DNA of 64,000 bases from Anthoceros angustus (lineage: Eukaryota > Plantae > Anthocerotophyta): positions 62,001 to 126,000 of the forward strand of contig VJWM01000178.1 of NCBI GenBank assembly GCA_010909165.1, read 5' to 3'. Shown piece after piece: positions 44,105 through 64,000 of this stretch. Below the pieces are notes generated by a model that saw only the letters and a program-made list of their open reading frames with translations, had not been told where the DNA came from and made no database searches. Positions within the stretch are counted from its first letter, which is position 1. The number at the start of each line of letters is the position of its first letter. Position numbers and translations under genes: made by a program.

Positions 44105-45665
44105 GTTCTATATGCAGAAGGAGCTGATGCGGGAGAACGACTAACGCTTGCCGTATTCATCATAGTGCAGACTTGCAAAACAAGTTACATCGCTACAAAA
44201 CAAGCTACGTTGCTCTGAATGGCTATGCCTTGCACGGAGCAGCTGATATAGCAGAATGCATGACGCCTGCCGTGCTCATCATAGTGCAAACTTGCAAAAC
44301 AAGTTACATTGCTACAAAACAAGCTACGTTGCTCTGAATGGCTATGCCTTGCACGGAGCAGCTGATACAGCAGAATGCATGACGCCTGCCGTGCTCATCA
44401 TAGTGCAGACTTGCAAAACAAGTTACATTGCTACAAAACAAGCTACGTTGCTCTGAACGGCTATGCCTTGCATGAAGCAGCTGATGGAGGAGAACGCCTG
44501 ACGCCTGCCTTGCTCATCATAGTGCAGACTTGCAAAATAAGCTACATTGCTACAAAAGAAGCTACATTGCTCTGAACGGCTATGCCTTGCACGAAGCAAT
44601 TGATACAGGAGAACATCGAACGCCTGCCTTGCTTACCATAGTGTAGACTTGCATAACAAGTTACATTGCTGCAAAACAAGCTACGTTGCTCTAAACGGCT
44701 ATGCCTTGCATGAAGCAGCTGATGCAAGAGAATGCCTGATGCCTGCCTTGCTCATCATAATGCAGACTTGCAAAACAAGTTACATTGCTACAAAACAAGC
44801 TACGTTGCTCTGAACGGCTATGCCTTGCATGAAGCAGCTGATGGAGGAGAACGCCTGACGCCTGCCTTGCTCATCATAGTGCAGACTTGCAAAATAAGCT
44901 ACATTGCTACAAAAGAAGCTACATTGCTCGAACGCTATGCCTTGCAAGCAATTGATACAGAGAACATCGAACGCCGCCTTTGCTTACCATAGTGTAGACT
45001 TGCATAACAAGTTACATTGCTGCAAAACAAGCTACGTTGCTCTAAACGGCTATGCCTTGCATGAAGCAGCTGATGCAAGAGAATGCCTGATGCCTGCCTT
45101 GCTCATCATAATGCAGACTTGCAAAACAAGTTACATTGCTACAAAACAAGCTACGTTGCTCTGAATGGCTATGCCTTGCACGTGATAGTGGATTCACACT
45201 AGTTTGTGTATACACATGATGCAGGAGAACGCCTGATGCCTGCCTTGCTCATCATAGTGCAGACTTGCTAAACAAGTTACGTTGCTCTGAACGGCTATGC
45301 CTTGCAAAGCAATTGACAGTGAGAACATCGCCGCCTTTGCTTACCATAGTGTAGACTTGCATAACAAGTTACATTGCTGCAAAACAAGCTACGTTGCTCT
45401 AAACGGCTATGCCTTGCATGAAGCAGCTGATGCAAGAGAATGCCCGATGCCCGCTTGCTCATCATAATGCACTTGCAAAACAAGTTACATTGCTACAAAA
45501 CAAGCTACGTTGCTCTGAATGGCTATGCCTTGCACGTGATAGTGGATTCACACTAGTTTGTGTATACACATGATGCAGGAGAACGCCTGATGCCTGCCTT
45601 GCTCATCATAGTGCAGACTTGCTAAACAAGTTACGTTGCTCTGAACGGCTATGCCTTGCAGCTGA
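44105..45665. repeat. 119-bp tandem satellite (about 12-13 units)
   Basis: Period 119 bp (44256 to 44375), built partly from about 20-bp caaaacaagytacrttgct subrepeats. Flanked by about 55-bp direct repeats (44040-44095 / 45690-45745). Confidence 0.92.
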
Positions 45666-45926
45666 CCGTGGATTCACCCTAGTATGTTATACACATGTCC
45701 AAGCAATGGATTGATAGAATGCATATGCATGTCCATCAGAACATACTAGCATAACATACTAGCGCACCTATATTTGCCATAGCAGCATATGTGTAGTAGA
45801 CTTAGCTGTACCTAGGTAGCTGTACCTAGGTACACACCGTAGGTATTTAAAGACCCGATAACCATTAGGTAGCATGGACGGGCTGGTGCAGACCTAATCG
45901 AAATTATATTAGAGGCAGTTTGTCCG

Positions 45927-45941
45927 AGAAGGCTCCGGAAG
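45927..45941 (+). promoter_or_regulatory. possible heat-shock element upstream of CDC48
   Basis: aGAAggCTCcgGAAg matches nGAAnnTTCnnGAAn with one mismatch, about 380 bp upstream of the ATG. Confidence 0.3.
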
Positions 45942-46315
45942 AGGGGACATTGCCCGAACAGGTTCGCAGGAACCTACGGTGTTCTCGCTATTGGTGCTCG
46001 GGAAAAGCAACCTAGGCCGAAACGGGCATATATGTGTCCTCCGGACTGAGAGTAATACCAGAGGCTGTCGCCTTCACAGCGCATCATTTTCGGCATCGGT
46101 TGCGCTTGGTGCACACCGCGAGTGCGCAAGTTATTGCCCTCACCGTGATCTCGGCCACCGCAGCAGCAGGGCCGTAGCAGCTGCACGGACGCTCACCTTA
46201 GGGCTTACAGGGCGGTGATAGTCCGCGAGCTTGTGCTTAGGTTTGTGTAGGAACCTGCGGTCCCTCGTCTCCGGGACCCAAGCTGATTGGGAAGCGCTGC
46301 AGCTGAGTAGGAGCC

Positions 46316-54515
<8,200 letters not shown>

Positions 54516-55889
54516 GATTTTATAGATTTTTCAAAGTATACATTGAAGTCCTGCACTGGGATTTTGATATGGAGTAACTGCATAGGGCACTAATAACTAG
54601 CACCCTGCGCACTGCGGAGACGACAACATGATGTTTTTGATATCATAATGGAGTAACATGCTATGGAAGTAAGGGTGATAACATAGATATTTCAAAGTAT
54701 ACAACGAAGTCCTACAATGGGATTTTGATCCGGAGTAACCCCATAAGGAACTAACAATTGGCGAGGTGCCCCAGGGGACACTAACAACTGGCGAGTTACC
54801 CCATAGGACCATAACAACTCACGGCCGCACACTGCGGAGCACTAACAACTGGCGGCCCCACGTGCTGCTAAGCACTAACAATTGGCGGCCCCACGTGTTG
54901 CTAAGCACTAACAACTGGCGGCTATGCACATTGCAAAGAACTAACAACTAGTGGCCACGCATATTGTAAAGACCTAACAACTGGTGGCTGCACACATTGC
55001 AAAGAACTAACAACTAGCGGCCACGCATATTGTAAAGACCTAACAACTGGTGGCTGCACACATTGCAAAGAACTAACAACTGGCGGCCGCGCACATTGCA
55101 AGGAACTAACAACTGGCGGCTGCGCACACGTATGAATACTAACAACTGGCGGCTCCATTTACTGCGGAGACAAGGGCACAATATTTTTGATCCGGAGTAA
55201 CTCCATAGGGCACTAACAACTGGCAAGGCTTTTGATCTGGAGTAACTCCATAGCGCACTAACAACTGGCGAGGCTTTTGATCCGGAGTAACTCCATAGGG
55301 CACTAACAACTGGCAAGGCTTTTGATCCGGAGTAACTCCATAAGGCACTAACAACTGGCGAGGCTTTTGATCCGGAGTAACTCCATAGGGCACTAACAAC
55401 TGGCGAGGCTTTTGATCCGGAGTAACTCCATAGGGCACTAACAACTGGTGAGGCTTTTGATCCGGAGTAACTCCATAGGCACTAACAATCGGCAAGGCTT
55501 TTGATCCGGAGTAACCCCATAGCGCACTAACAATGCGGGCTTTTGATCCGGAGTAACCCCATAGGGCACTAACGAGGCTTTTGATCCGGAGTAACTCCAT
55601 AAGGCACTAACAACTGGCGAGGCTTTTGATCCGGAGTAACTCCATAGGGCACTAACAACTGGCGAGGCTTTTGATCCGGAGTAACTCCATAGGGCACTAA
55701 CAACTGGTGAGGCTTTTGATCCGGAGTAACTCCATAGGGCACTAACAATTGGCGAGGCTTTTGATCCGGAGTAACTCCATAGGGGACTCACTAACAACTG
55801 GCGAGGCTTTTGATCCGGAGTAACTCCATAGGGCACTAACAACTGGCGAGTAACTCCATAAGGCACAATGTTTTTGATCTGGAATAACC

Positions 55890-56535
55890 GCATAAGGTAA
55901 GCACTTAAGCATTCATATGAGCACTTCCTCAACAAACAACCAAGCAAAACAAATCTAATACGCAAGTATAGGTGCAAACCAATCATAGCTTGTAACAATA
56001 GGAGGGATTAGCTCGCACGTCGTGGCACAAACACACTCGCCCCACGAGAACAACACGTAGATTCCTCACACATCGCTCTTTGGAGTCATAGCTTTGGCCT
56101 CCTCACAACACTCTCATAGCTTTGGCCTCCTCACAACACTCTCATAGCTTTGGCCTCCTCACAACACTCTCATAGCTTTGGCCTCTTCACAACACTCTTG
56201 CGTTGCATATCTAGGCTATGATATGAGCTTGTCCTCTGTGAAAGGGTTTATACATACTAGCCCCTAGGCATCGGCATATCCAAAGATATCCTATTAGCAT
56301 ATGCCGGAAATATCCTAAGATACACTATAATATGCAAGGAATATGCTAAAGCATTTTATTTATGCTTATTCACTTAGCTATTGCTAACCATGTTTAATTA
56401 ACACCAATCAACGCTTCATTAATATAAGTGCTTTAGATTAATACTAATTACTTACATAAATATAAATAATTAGTATTAATTAATGCTAATCACACACTAA
56501 ACCCAAGTTTAGATATTAGTGTCATATGGCATGAC
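55890..56535 (-). mobile_element. solo LTR (reverse orientation) with internal 28-bp repeat x4
   Basis: Diverged reverse complement of 59331-59862, ending in TGACA at 56535. catagctttggcctcctcacaacactct repeated x4 at 56087-56198. Confidence 0.75.
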
Positions 56536-58499
56536 AGTACTAACAATTGGCAAGTAATCCACAGGGCATTAACTACTAGCGACCCCGCACACTGTAAAGA
56601 CGAGGGCACGATGTCTTATGAAACTGGCCCCAGTAACTCCATAGGGCACTAACAATTGGAGTAGCTCCATAGGGCCCGATGTTTTTGATCTAGAGTAATT
56701 CCGTAGGGCACTAGAGATGAGGGCATGATGTCTTATGAAGCGCGTAGCCCTATGAACCGGGGGATGGATAGCACCGCACATTGCGGAGATAAGAGCATGA
56801 TGTTTTATAATACAGGTGGCGCGTATTGCTAGTGCCCCATCCAAACACAACATGCCTAACTGTGGAGTTCTACTGAACTCATGTCTGGATGTCACTCTAG
56901 GGAGGACCATGTACATCTTTTTCTATCCAAATGTAGTTTTAGTCCAGCCATTTTTCGGATGGATATGTATGTTCTTCTATTTCAATACATTCAGTGCAGC
57001 CATTGAATGAAGCATAATCACTGCATGGTCAGAAATGTGCTTAAAGCTTTCAAGTATCTTGATTATTGAATTATAGTACAACAAAGAGAATCACAACGAT
57101 CAGAGAGATACATGGGGTTTCATATAAAAAGAAACTGAACAATATATCTTATTATGCTAGCTAAATGTGGCTAGACCATGCTTGTGATATATAGTCAAGC
57201 TAACTTCTAATTATAGTCAATCTCCTTTGGTAAGTTTGAGTACACCTTCAACATTTGAACACTTATGCATGTACTTTGAGGCGATATCAACCAACTTTAG
57301 CACGAGAAATGATCACATGGAGTACCCAATAATTGCAATAGGACAGAGTGTATGAACAGAGCTGTGCCTAGCATTTATTGCTAATCTAGGTTCAATCATT
57401 GCACATGCCAAGCGAATTATACAACGAGAGCAGGTAGTTAGTTATGAGAAGCGGTCTATGATAAATTTACTATTGTAGTTAGTTTAAATGTTGAAAATTT
57501 ATTAATATGATAGAGACTAAGTAATATTGTTGTGTATGATGACCACACTATATTGTGTTGCTACTGCTACTGCTAGTGTTTGCTGTGAATTTTAAGTTGA
57601 TATTATGGTCCTTAAGACTCATTGCATAAAAAGTTGAGCACCGTATGCTTGAACAGGAAATACAATCGAAACCTATACCCGACTATTTTGTTATATCTCA
57701 CACACTACAGTTTATCTAGAACCTATTGCAAGACAGCATTGGGCAGACAATATTACAAGGTTATCATGCTATTTATGTTGCATGATCTTTTTATGATCCG
57801 TCCCATAATGCTTGATGTCTATGAACATGGTCTATTGTTTATCACGTTCTTATGTTGCATAATCTTTTTTACTCATTCATCATCCGTCCCATAACTCTTG
57901 ATGTGCGTATGAATAGAGTATTGTAAACTGATCCATTAAACTATGATGGACACGTATCAATTTACTATAGGATGGATTTAAGCCTCACAAAACCCTGAAA
58001 CCTGCAGGTTGGGGATTTGGTCAGTGGGTTGACACTAGGCCTGATTTGGTCAGTGGGTTGACACCAGGCCTGTTCTCCCTTTCCGTCCCATCCCTACCGG
58101 CATATATGCAACCGGCATATATGTTCCCATTTCATAACTGGTTTTGGGCCAAACTCATCGTCGGCTGTCCACCGGTCCGTAAGGGTATTTTTTTATTATA
58201 CTTAAATTATACCAAATTGCAAGTTTACATCTGTAAATTTGATAAAATTACATGACATACGCACTTTATATAATCTACATAGTATGCATGTAAAATATAT
58301 AAAATATATAAAAAACTAAGATTTCAAGTGACTATACATAATATACTAGTAATATATAATTTGTATGTAAAATATTATAATTTCAAGTAAAATATTATAA
58401 TTTCAAGTAAAAACAAAAACTTGTGGGCTTTCCCCACCTTCTACGCTCGATGTTTAGTTCGATTTAGAGAGTTGTGCTTATGCATGAAAATAAACTTAT

Positions 58500-60370
58500 A
58501 AGCTCAAAATGGAGGTAGATTCTCTTTCTTCATTGTTTCCGCTCTCTTCCTCAGACTTAGACTCTCCTTCTTCATAGTCCACCACTTCACCATGGCGGAC
58601 GTCTTCCATGCCACTTTGTGCAGCCACTTGTATAGGTTCAAGACTTTCTAAACTTGTACGCCGTCCTTGTAATAGTAGCATTGTGCAATTTTAACACTTT
58701 ATTGTAATAATAGACATAAACAAGCATATCAACCTTCTCCAAGATAGTTCTTGCTCTTTGCCGTACATGTTTCCATGCGCTCCAGTTTCTTTAAACAAGC
58801 ATATCAACCTTCTCCAAGATAGTTCTTGCTCTTTGCCGTACATGTTTCCATGCGCTCCAATTTCTTTCTCCACCTGTTGCAGTTGGAGGAATGTTCAACA
58901 AACTTCTTTGCTACATCTGCAAGTTGTTGACATTCCTCTCCATAAGCTTCCCAGCATTGCACATTGTTGTACATCAACTCTTCTTGGAAATGCATCTCCT
59001 CATCAACGCACAACTTACTAGGTCTAAGCCAAGAGTGATTAAATTGCAATATAACACAATGCGCTTCTCTAGTATTAGGTGCCAACGTTGGCTTAGAGTG
59101 ATTAAATTGCAATATAACACAATGAGCTTCTCTAGTATCAGGTGCCAACTCCTTCATTACTTGCTCTTCTTTCAATCTATCAGCTGGTGAAATGCTAGGC
59201 AGCAACTTCGTATGCTTCGGATCTAACATCGCAGCAGCAAAAACGCAAGCATGCCAACCAAATTCCTTGTGTACAGTCCACAAATCCGGCAAGTGCAGAA
59301 CAATTTCAAAGAACATAGCACAGCCACTCCTGTCATGTCATGTGACACTAATCTCTACACTTGGGTTTAGTGTTTGATTAGCATTATTTAATCTAATTAT
59401 TTATATTTAAGTAAGTAATTAGTATTAATAATCTAAAACACTTATGTTAATGAAGTGTTGGTTAGTGTTAATTAAACATGGTTAGCAATAGCTAAGTGGA
59501 TAAGCACAAGTAATATGCCTTAGCATTTTCCTTGCATATTATAGTGTATTCTTAGGATATTTTCGGCATATGGTGCCCATAGGATATATAGACCCTTTCA
59601 TAGAGGACAAGCTCAGATTATAGCTTGTCCTCTAGATATGCAATGCAAGAGTGTTGTGAAGAGGCTAAAGCTATGACTCCGAGAGCTATGTGTGAGGAAT
59701 TTGCGTGTTGTTCTTATGGGGGGAGTGTGTTCGTGCCACGACGTGCCAGCTACTCCCTCCTATTATTATTGGTTTGCATCTATATTTACAGATTTGATTT
59801 GTTTGCTTGGTTGTCTGTTGAGGAAGTGCTGATATGAATGCAAGTACTTACCTCATGCAACACTCCCTCTTTGTCCATGATCACTGTCCTGTGTTAGCAA
59901 TTGACCAAAAGTGATAGTAATCTGCTCGTTAAAATGTGTATCTGGCTTTTCTAACATCAAATATGCGTCCCCTAAAGTTACCATTTCCCCTTTTAGTTAA
60001 TGTATGACATCACATATAGGTTGCAATACAGCAATCAAATACTTCACATCTAGTCAAAACAATTCCATCACTATGTGTCACCCTCTGAGCAATTTCAAAA
60101 CTTTCATCATCAGTAGGAAAGGCTGGAACATCCACCACTGCGAGAATGGCTTGCTTGTTAGCTACCAAGCTACTCGTACTTACAAAGAGGATATCAAACC
60201 TGGTCTTCACATTCTTTGCAACTCCCGGTTGATCTTCAATGTGCTTCATGTTTTTTTAAGCATATGGCATGTGGAGATGTCTCTGCTCCACAAGCTATAT
60301 TTCTCGCAAAATCCTCCTTCATGCCGTCACCACATGCATTTCACAATCCATCTAATCCATATTTGATAAT
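58500..60370 (-). mobile_element. hAT transposase pseudogene, split by a solo LTR
   Basis: VKTRFDILF..LVANKQAI (about 60200), AAAMLDPK (about 59230), CWEAYGEECQQLADVAKK and GERNWSAWKHV..EKVDMLV (hAT dimerisation motif, about 58800-58960). Internal 78-bp and 63-bp duplications. Confidence 0.8.
59331..59862 (+). mobile_element. solo LTR with TG..CA ends and 4-bp TSD CTCC
   Basis: CTCC|TGTCATG...TGCAACA|CTCC. A second family member lies at 55890-56535. Confidence 0.8.
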
Positions 60371-63140
60371 TAAAATAAAATAAAATACTTATTCTTTTTA
60401 CATACATATATAATTTTACAATAAATAAGTAACTATATGTCATATAATTAAAATTTTATTACCTTAAGATGTAAGTATAAAATAATATTTTACCTTACAA
60501 GAATAATTATCACCATAATTACTACGGTGCTGGGTCTTACCCATAATAGTCACAAGCCTAGCCTAGCCGGTGGACTCCACCGGCTACCGGGCTCCCCTTT
60601 AAAACCGGCTCGGATAAAGGCGTCATTTATTTCGGAATGACGAGTTTTGGTGAGTTGAAAATGACGAAACCAGAAATTCGCTGGACGTCATATGTCAAAT
60701 GTCATTCACAAGAAAAGTCTCTGAAGACTGGCATCTCCTGTTTTTGTGGCATCCAACTTCTGTTCGTGTACAAAAAGAATCTTGCGTACAAAAAGCATGG
60801 AGTTCCGAGTTCCCTTCAGTCCTTCTTGACAATCCTCGCAAGTTCGAGGACACGACATGGGCTTGCTGAACCGAACATAAGGAGGTTGTAAACGCATTTA
60901 AATCCCTTAGAGACCGAGGTGATGGTTGCGAGGAGGAAGCCATAGGGACCGACTCAGCATCAGCAGAGCCAGGTGAGGGTGGCTGGGGGACACCATATAC
61001 ATCAGTGCACCGCCAAATCCAATCTGGCCGCAATGTACATTTGTCATGGTTGGGGCCCATTGTGATCCATACCACCAGCCGTTCACAAGGGTTGTCTCCA
61101 TTCCATGGTAGAAACTGTATGGCATCATCCACTGCCATAGCACCACCAGCGCATAAGCGACCCTGCAATGCAGACATGGCCAGCTCCTTGGAATCCCCCG
61201 TGAGCCAAGGCTGAAGTTGACAAGCTCTTTCAGCTCAGAGAGCGCATCTGGAGGACCAGGAAGCGGAGGAAGGCCAGTGCCAGCATTGCCTAGCAGCTGG
61301 GCTGCCACTCTAGGACTGCGGCGGCGCAGCGTTCCCTCAGTGGCGGCTCTCGGAGCCAGATCCGTACCTCCAGCCTTCTCATTCCTAGTCTGCCCAGGCT
61401 GTTTCGGAAGGGCTACCACCCCAGCTGTTTGAAGAGGATAAATGACTCAGAGCTATGTGTGAGGAATTTGCGTGTTGTTGTTCTATGGGGGAGTGTGTTC
61501 GTACGCGTGACATTTCTCCCTCCTATTATTATTGGTTTATCTATATTTACTGATTTGATTTTTGCTTGGTTGTTGAGGAAGTCTTGATATGAATGCAAGT
61601 ACTTTCTCATTCAACACTCCCTCTTTGTCATGATCAACGTCATGTTAGCAATTGACCAAAGTGATAGTAATGCCGTTAAAATGTGTATCCGCTTTTCTAA
61701 CATCAAAATATGCGCCCCTAAAGTTACCATTTCCCTTTTAGTTAATGTATGACATCACATATAGGTTGCAATGATCAAATACTTCGTCAATCTAAAACAA
61801 TTCCATCACTATGTGTCACCGAGCAATTTCAAAACTTTCATCATCGGTCAGGGAGGGCATCTGGCTGCGAATGGCTTGCTTGTTAGCTACAAGCTACTCG
61901 TATAAAGGATATCAAACTGGTCTTCACATTCTTTGCAACTCGGTTGATCTTCAATGTGCTTCATGTTTTTAAGCATATGGCATGTGGAGATGTCTCGCTC
62001 CACAAGCTATATTTCTCGCAAAATCCTCCTTCATGCCGTCACCACATGCATTTCACAATCCATCTAATCCATATTTGATAATTAAAATAAAATAAAATAC
62101 TTATTCTTTTTACATACATATATAATTTTACAATAAATAAGTAACTATATGTCATATAATTAAAATTTTATTACCTTAAGATGTAAGTATAAAATAATAT
62201 TTTACCTTACAAGAATAATTATCACCATAATTACTACGGTGCTGGGTCTTACCCATAATAGTCACAAGCCTAGCCTAGCCGGTGGACTCCACCGGCTACT
62301 CCCTTTAAAACCGGCTCGGATAAAGGCGTCATTTATTTCGGAATGACGAGTTTTGGTGAGTTGAAAATGACGAAACCAGAAATTCGCTGGACGTCATATG
62401 TCAAATGTCATTCACAAGAAAAGTCTCTGAAGACTGGCATCTCCTGTTTTTGTGGCATCCAACTTCTGTTCGTGTACAAAAGAATCTTGCGTACAAAAAG
62501 CATGGAGTTCCGAGTTCCCTTCAGTCCTTCTTGACAATCCTCGCAAGTTCGAGGACACGACATGGGCTTGCTGAACCGAACATAAGGAGGTTGTAAACGC
62601 ATTTAAATCCTTAGAGACCGAGGTGATGGTTGCGAGGAGGAAGCCATAGGGACCGACTCAGCATCAGCAGAGCCAGGTGAGGTGGCTGGGGACACCATAT
62701 ACATCAGTGCACCGCCAAATCCAATCTGGCCGCAATGTACATTTGTCATGGTTGGGGCCCATTGTGATCCATACCACCAGCCGTTCACAAGGGTTGTCTC
62801 CATTCCATGGTAGAAACTGTATGGCATCATCCACTGCCATAGCACCACCAGCGCATAAGCGACCCTGCAATGCAGACATGGCCAGCTCCTTGAATCCCCG
62901 TGAGCCAAGGCTGAAGTTGACAAGCTCTTTCAGCTCAGAGAGCGCATCTGGAGGACCAGGAAGCGGAGGAAGGCCAGTGCCAGCATTGCCTAGCAGCTGG
63001 GCTGCCACTCTAGGACTGCGGCGGCGCAGCGTTCCCTCAGTGGCGGCTCTCGGAGCCAGATCCGTACCTCCAGCCTTCTCATTCCTAGTCTGCCCAGGCT
63101 GTTTCGGAAGGGCTACCACCCCAGCTGTTTGAAGAGGATC
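59672..63140. repeat. about 1.75-kb tandem duplication
   Basis: 59672-61440 matches 61441-63140; junction gaagagg. The second copy starts with dense small deletions. Confidence 0.9.
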
Positions 63141-63800
63141 AGAGGGATGGGGACCTGGGACAGGGCTTGCAGGCGATCCCGTGGATGAGTTTCTACTAGC
63201 CTGAGCTCCGGAGGTCTGAGAGGGGAGGACGGAAGGGACCTTGCAAGCTCCGAATCGGTGTCAGTGTCGTCGTTCTGAGATGACTCCTCCATCTCTGAGT
63301 CTGCCTCTGCCTCGGCAAATTTGGCGATACAGCGGCCACGACAGGTGCTGCTTCACTCATGGAGTTATCTCCACAGAGACCCCATTCGTGAACCGATTTT
63401 CTCTTGCATGCAGGGGAGAGCTACTGCAAAGGGTAAAGCTTGGGCTGGGTCTGAATCGGCTAGCAAGGAGAGGGCACTGGAAGGGCGTATTGGTTCTACA
63501 TCCATGCTACCAGACGGGTCCAAGGGGAGGTCAAGTGGCTGGGCTATCAGTTTGATGAATCATCGGGCAGACTTCGTTCTGATGAGGTAAAGATCTGGGA
63601 GATAGATGGACTGCTAGGAGGACTGGGCTTCTTTCTCTGCGCTTCTTACTTGGTTTGATAGGAGATGGGCTAGCAGCACTAACAGGTATCAACTCTTTGA
63701 CAGGAGTGGAAGAGGGACTGGGTGGGGTGATCTTGTCCAGGGCAGTAGTTTCCAAGAAGGGCTGCTCCGGTACTGTCTCCTGGTCTGGGGTGCGTCCTCG
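62603..63800 (-). other. unassigned frameshifted Pro/Ser-rich coding-like region (3' part duplicated at 60907-61430)
   Basis: Overlapping minus-strand ORFs (63531-63755, 62664-63119, 60695-61177) in GC-richer DNA. No recognised domain. Confidence 0.3.
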
Positions 63801-64000
63801 TCCATGACACGTAGGGCTTCAGCACATGATACCGGTATTCATTTTAGGTTACAGTCTACATTTACTTAATGGTTTAATGAAATATATAAATACGTACATA
63901 ACTCCAATGAGTGGACATAAAAAGCAAAAAGTACTTACAATATTGCGTTATTTATGGCAGACAGTGATGGCAAGCATGTATTCACGTTATTTACAACGGA

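Noticed and set aside
54770-55860. CRISPR-like array
   Set aside because: Segments between repeats are identical or related rather than unique spacers, there are no cas genes, and the context is eukaryotic.
55014-55998. 15-aa repeat proteins from the ORF track
   Set aside because: By-products of a 45-bp period without stop codons; no evidence of coding.

Overview
Eukaryotic nuclear DNA from a land plant with a compact genome. Short (about 60-190 bp) GT-AG introns, TTTAGGG-type telomere motifs and GC-rich exons suggest a non-seed plant such as Selaginella or a hornwort (inference only). Host genes: the 3' end of one CDC48/p97 paralog (1-581), a complete second CDC48 (46316-49548), peroxisomal NAD carrier PXN (19637-21950), a GDPD5/6-type glycerophosphodiester phosphodiesterase (minus strand, about 25082-26915), and plastid stromal HSP70 (34649-39115). 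Intergenic DNA holds an internally deleted ABCG7-like pseudogene, an internally deleted CRE-clade (RLE-type) non-LTR retroelement beside a telomere-derived minisatellite, and an 838-bp TTAA-flanked piggyBac-type non-autonomous element (unexpected in a land plant). It also holds hAT remnants, MITEs, two inverted solo LTRs, 119-bp and 45-bp tandem arrays, and a pre-miRNA-like hairpin. Caveat: from about 15.4 kb onward there are about 9-10 near-identical 1.3-3.8 kb tandem duplications, spaced mostly 3-5 kb apart. They have microhomology junctions and indel-rich copies, which looks like a long-read consensus/assembly artefact. Copy numbers and many frameshifts should not be trusted without reads. 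All assignments come from reading the sequence and recalling family motifs; no searches were run.
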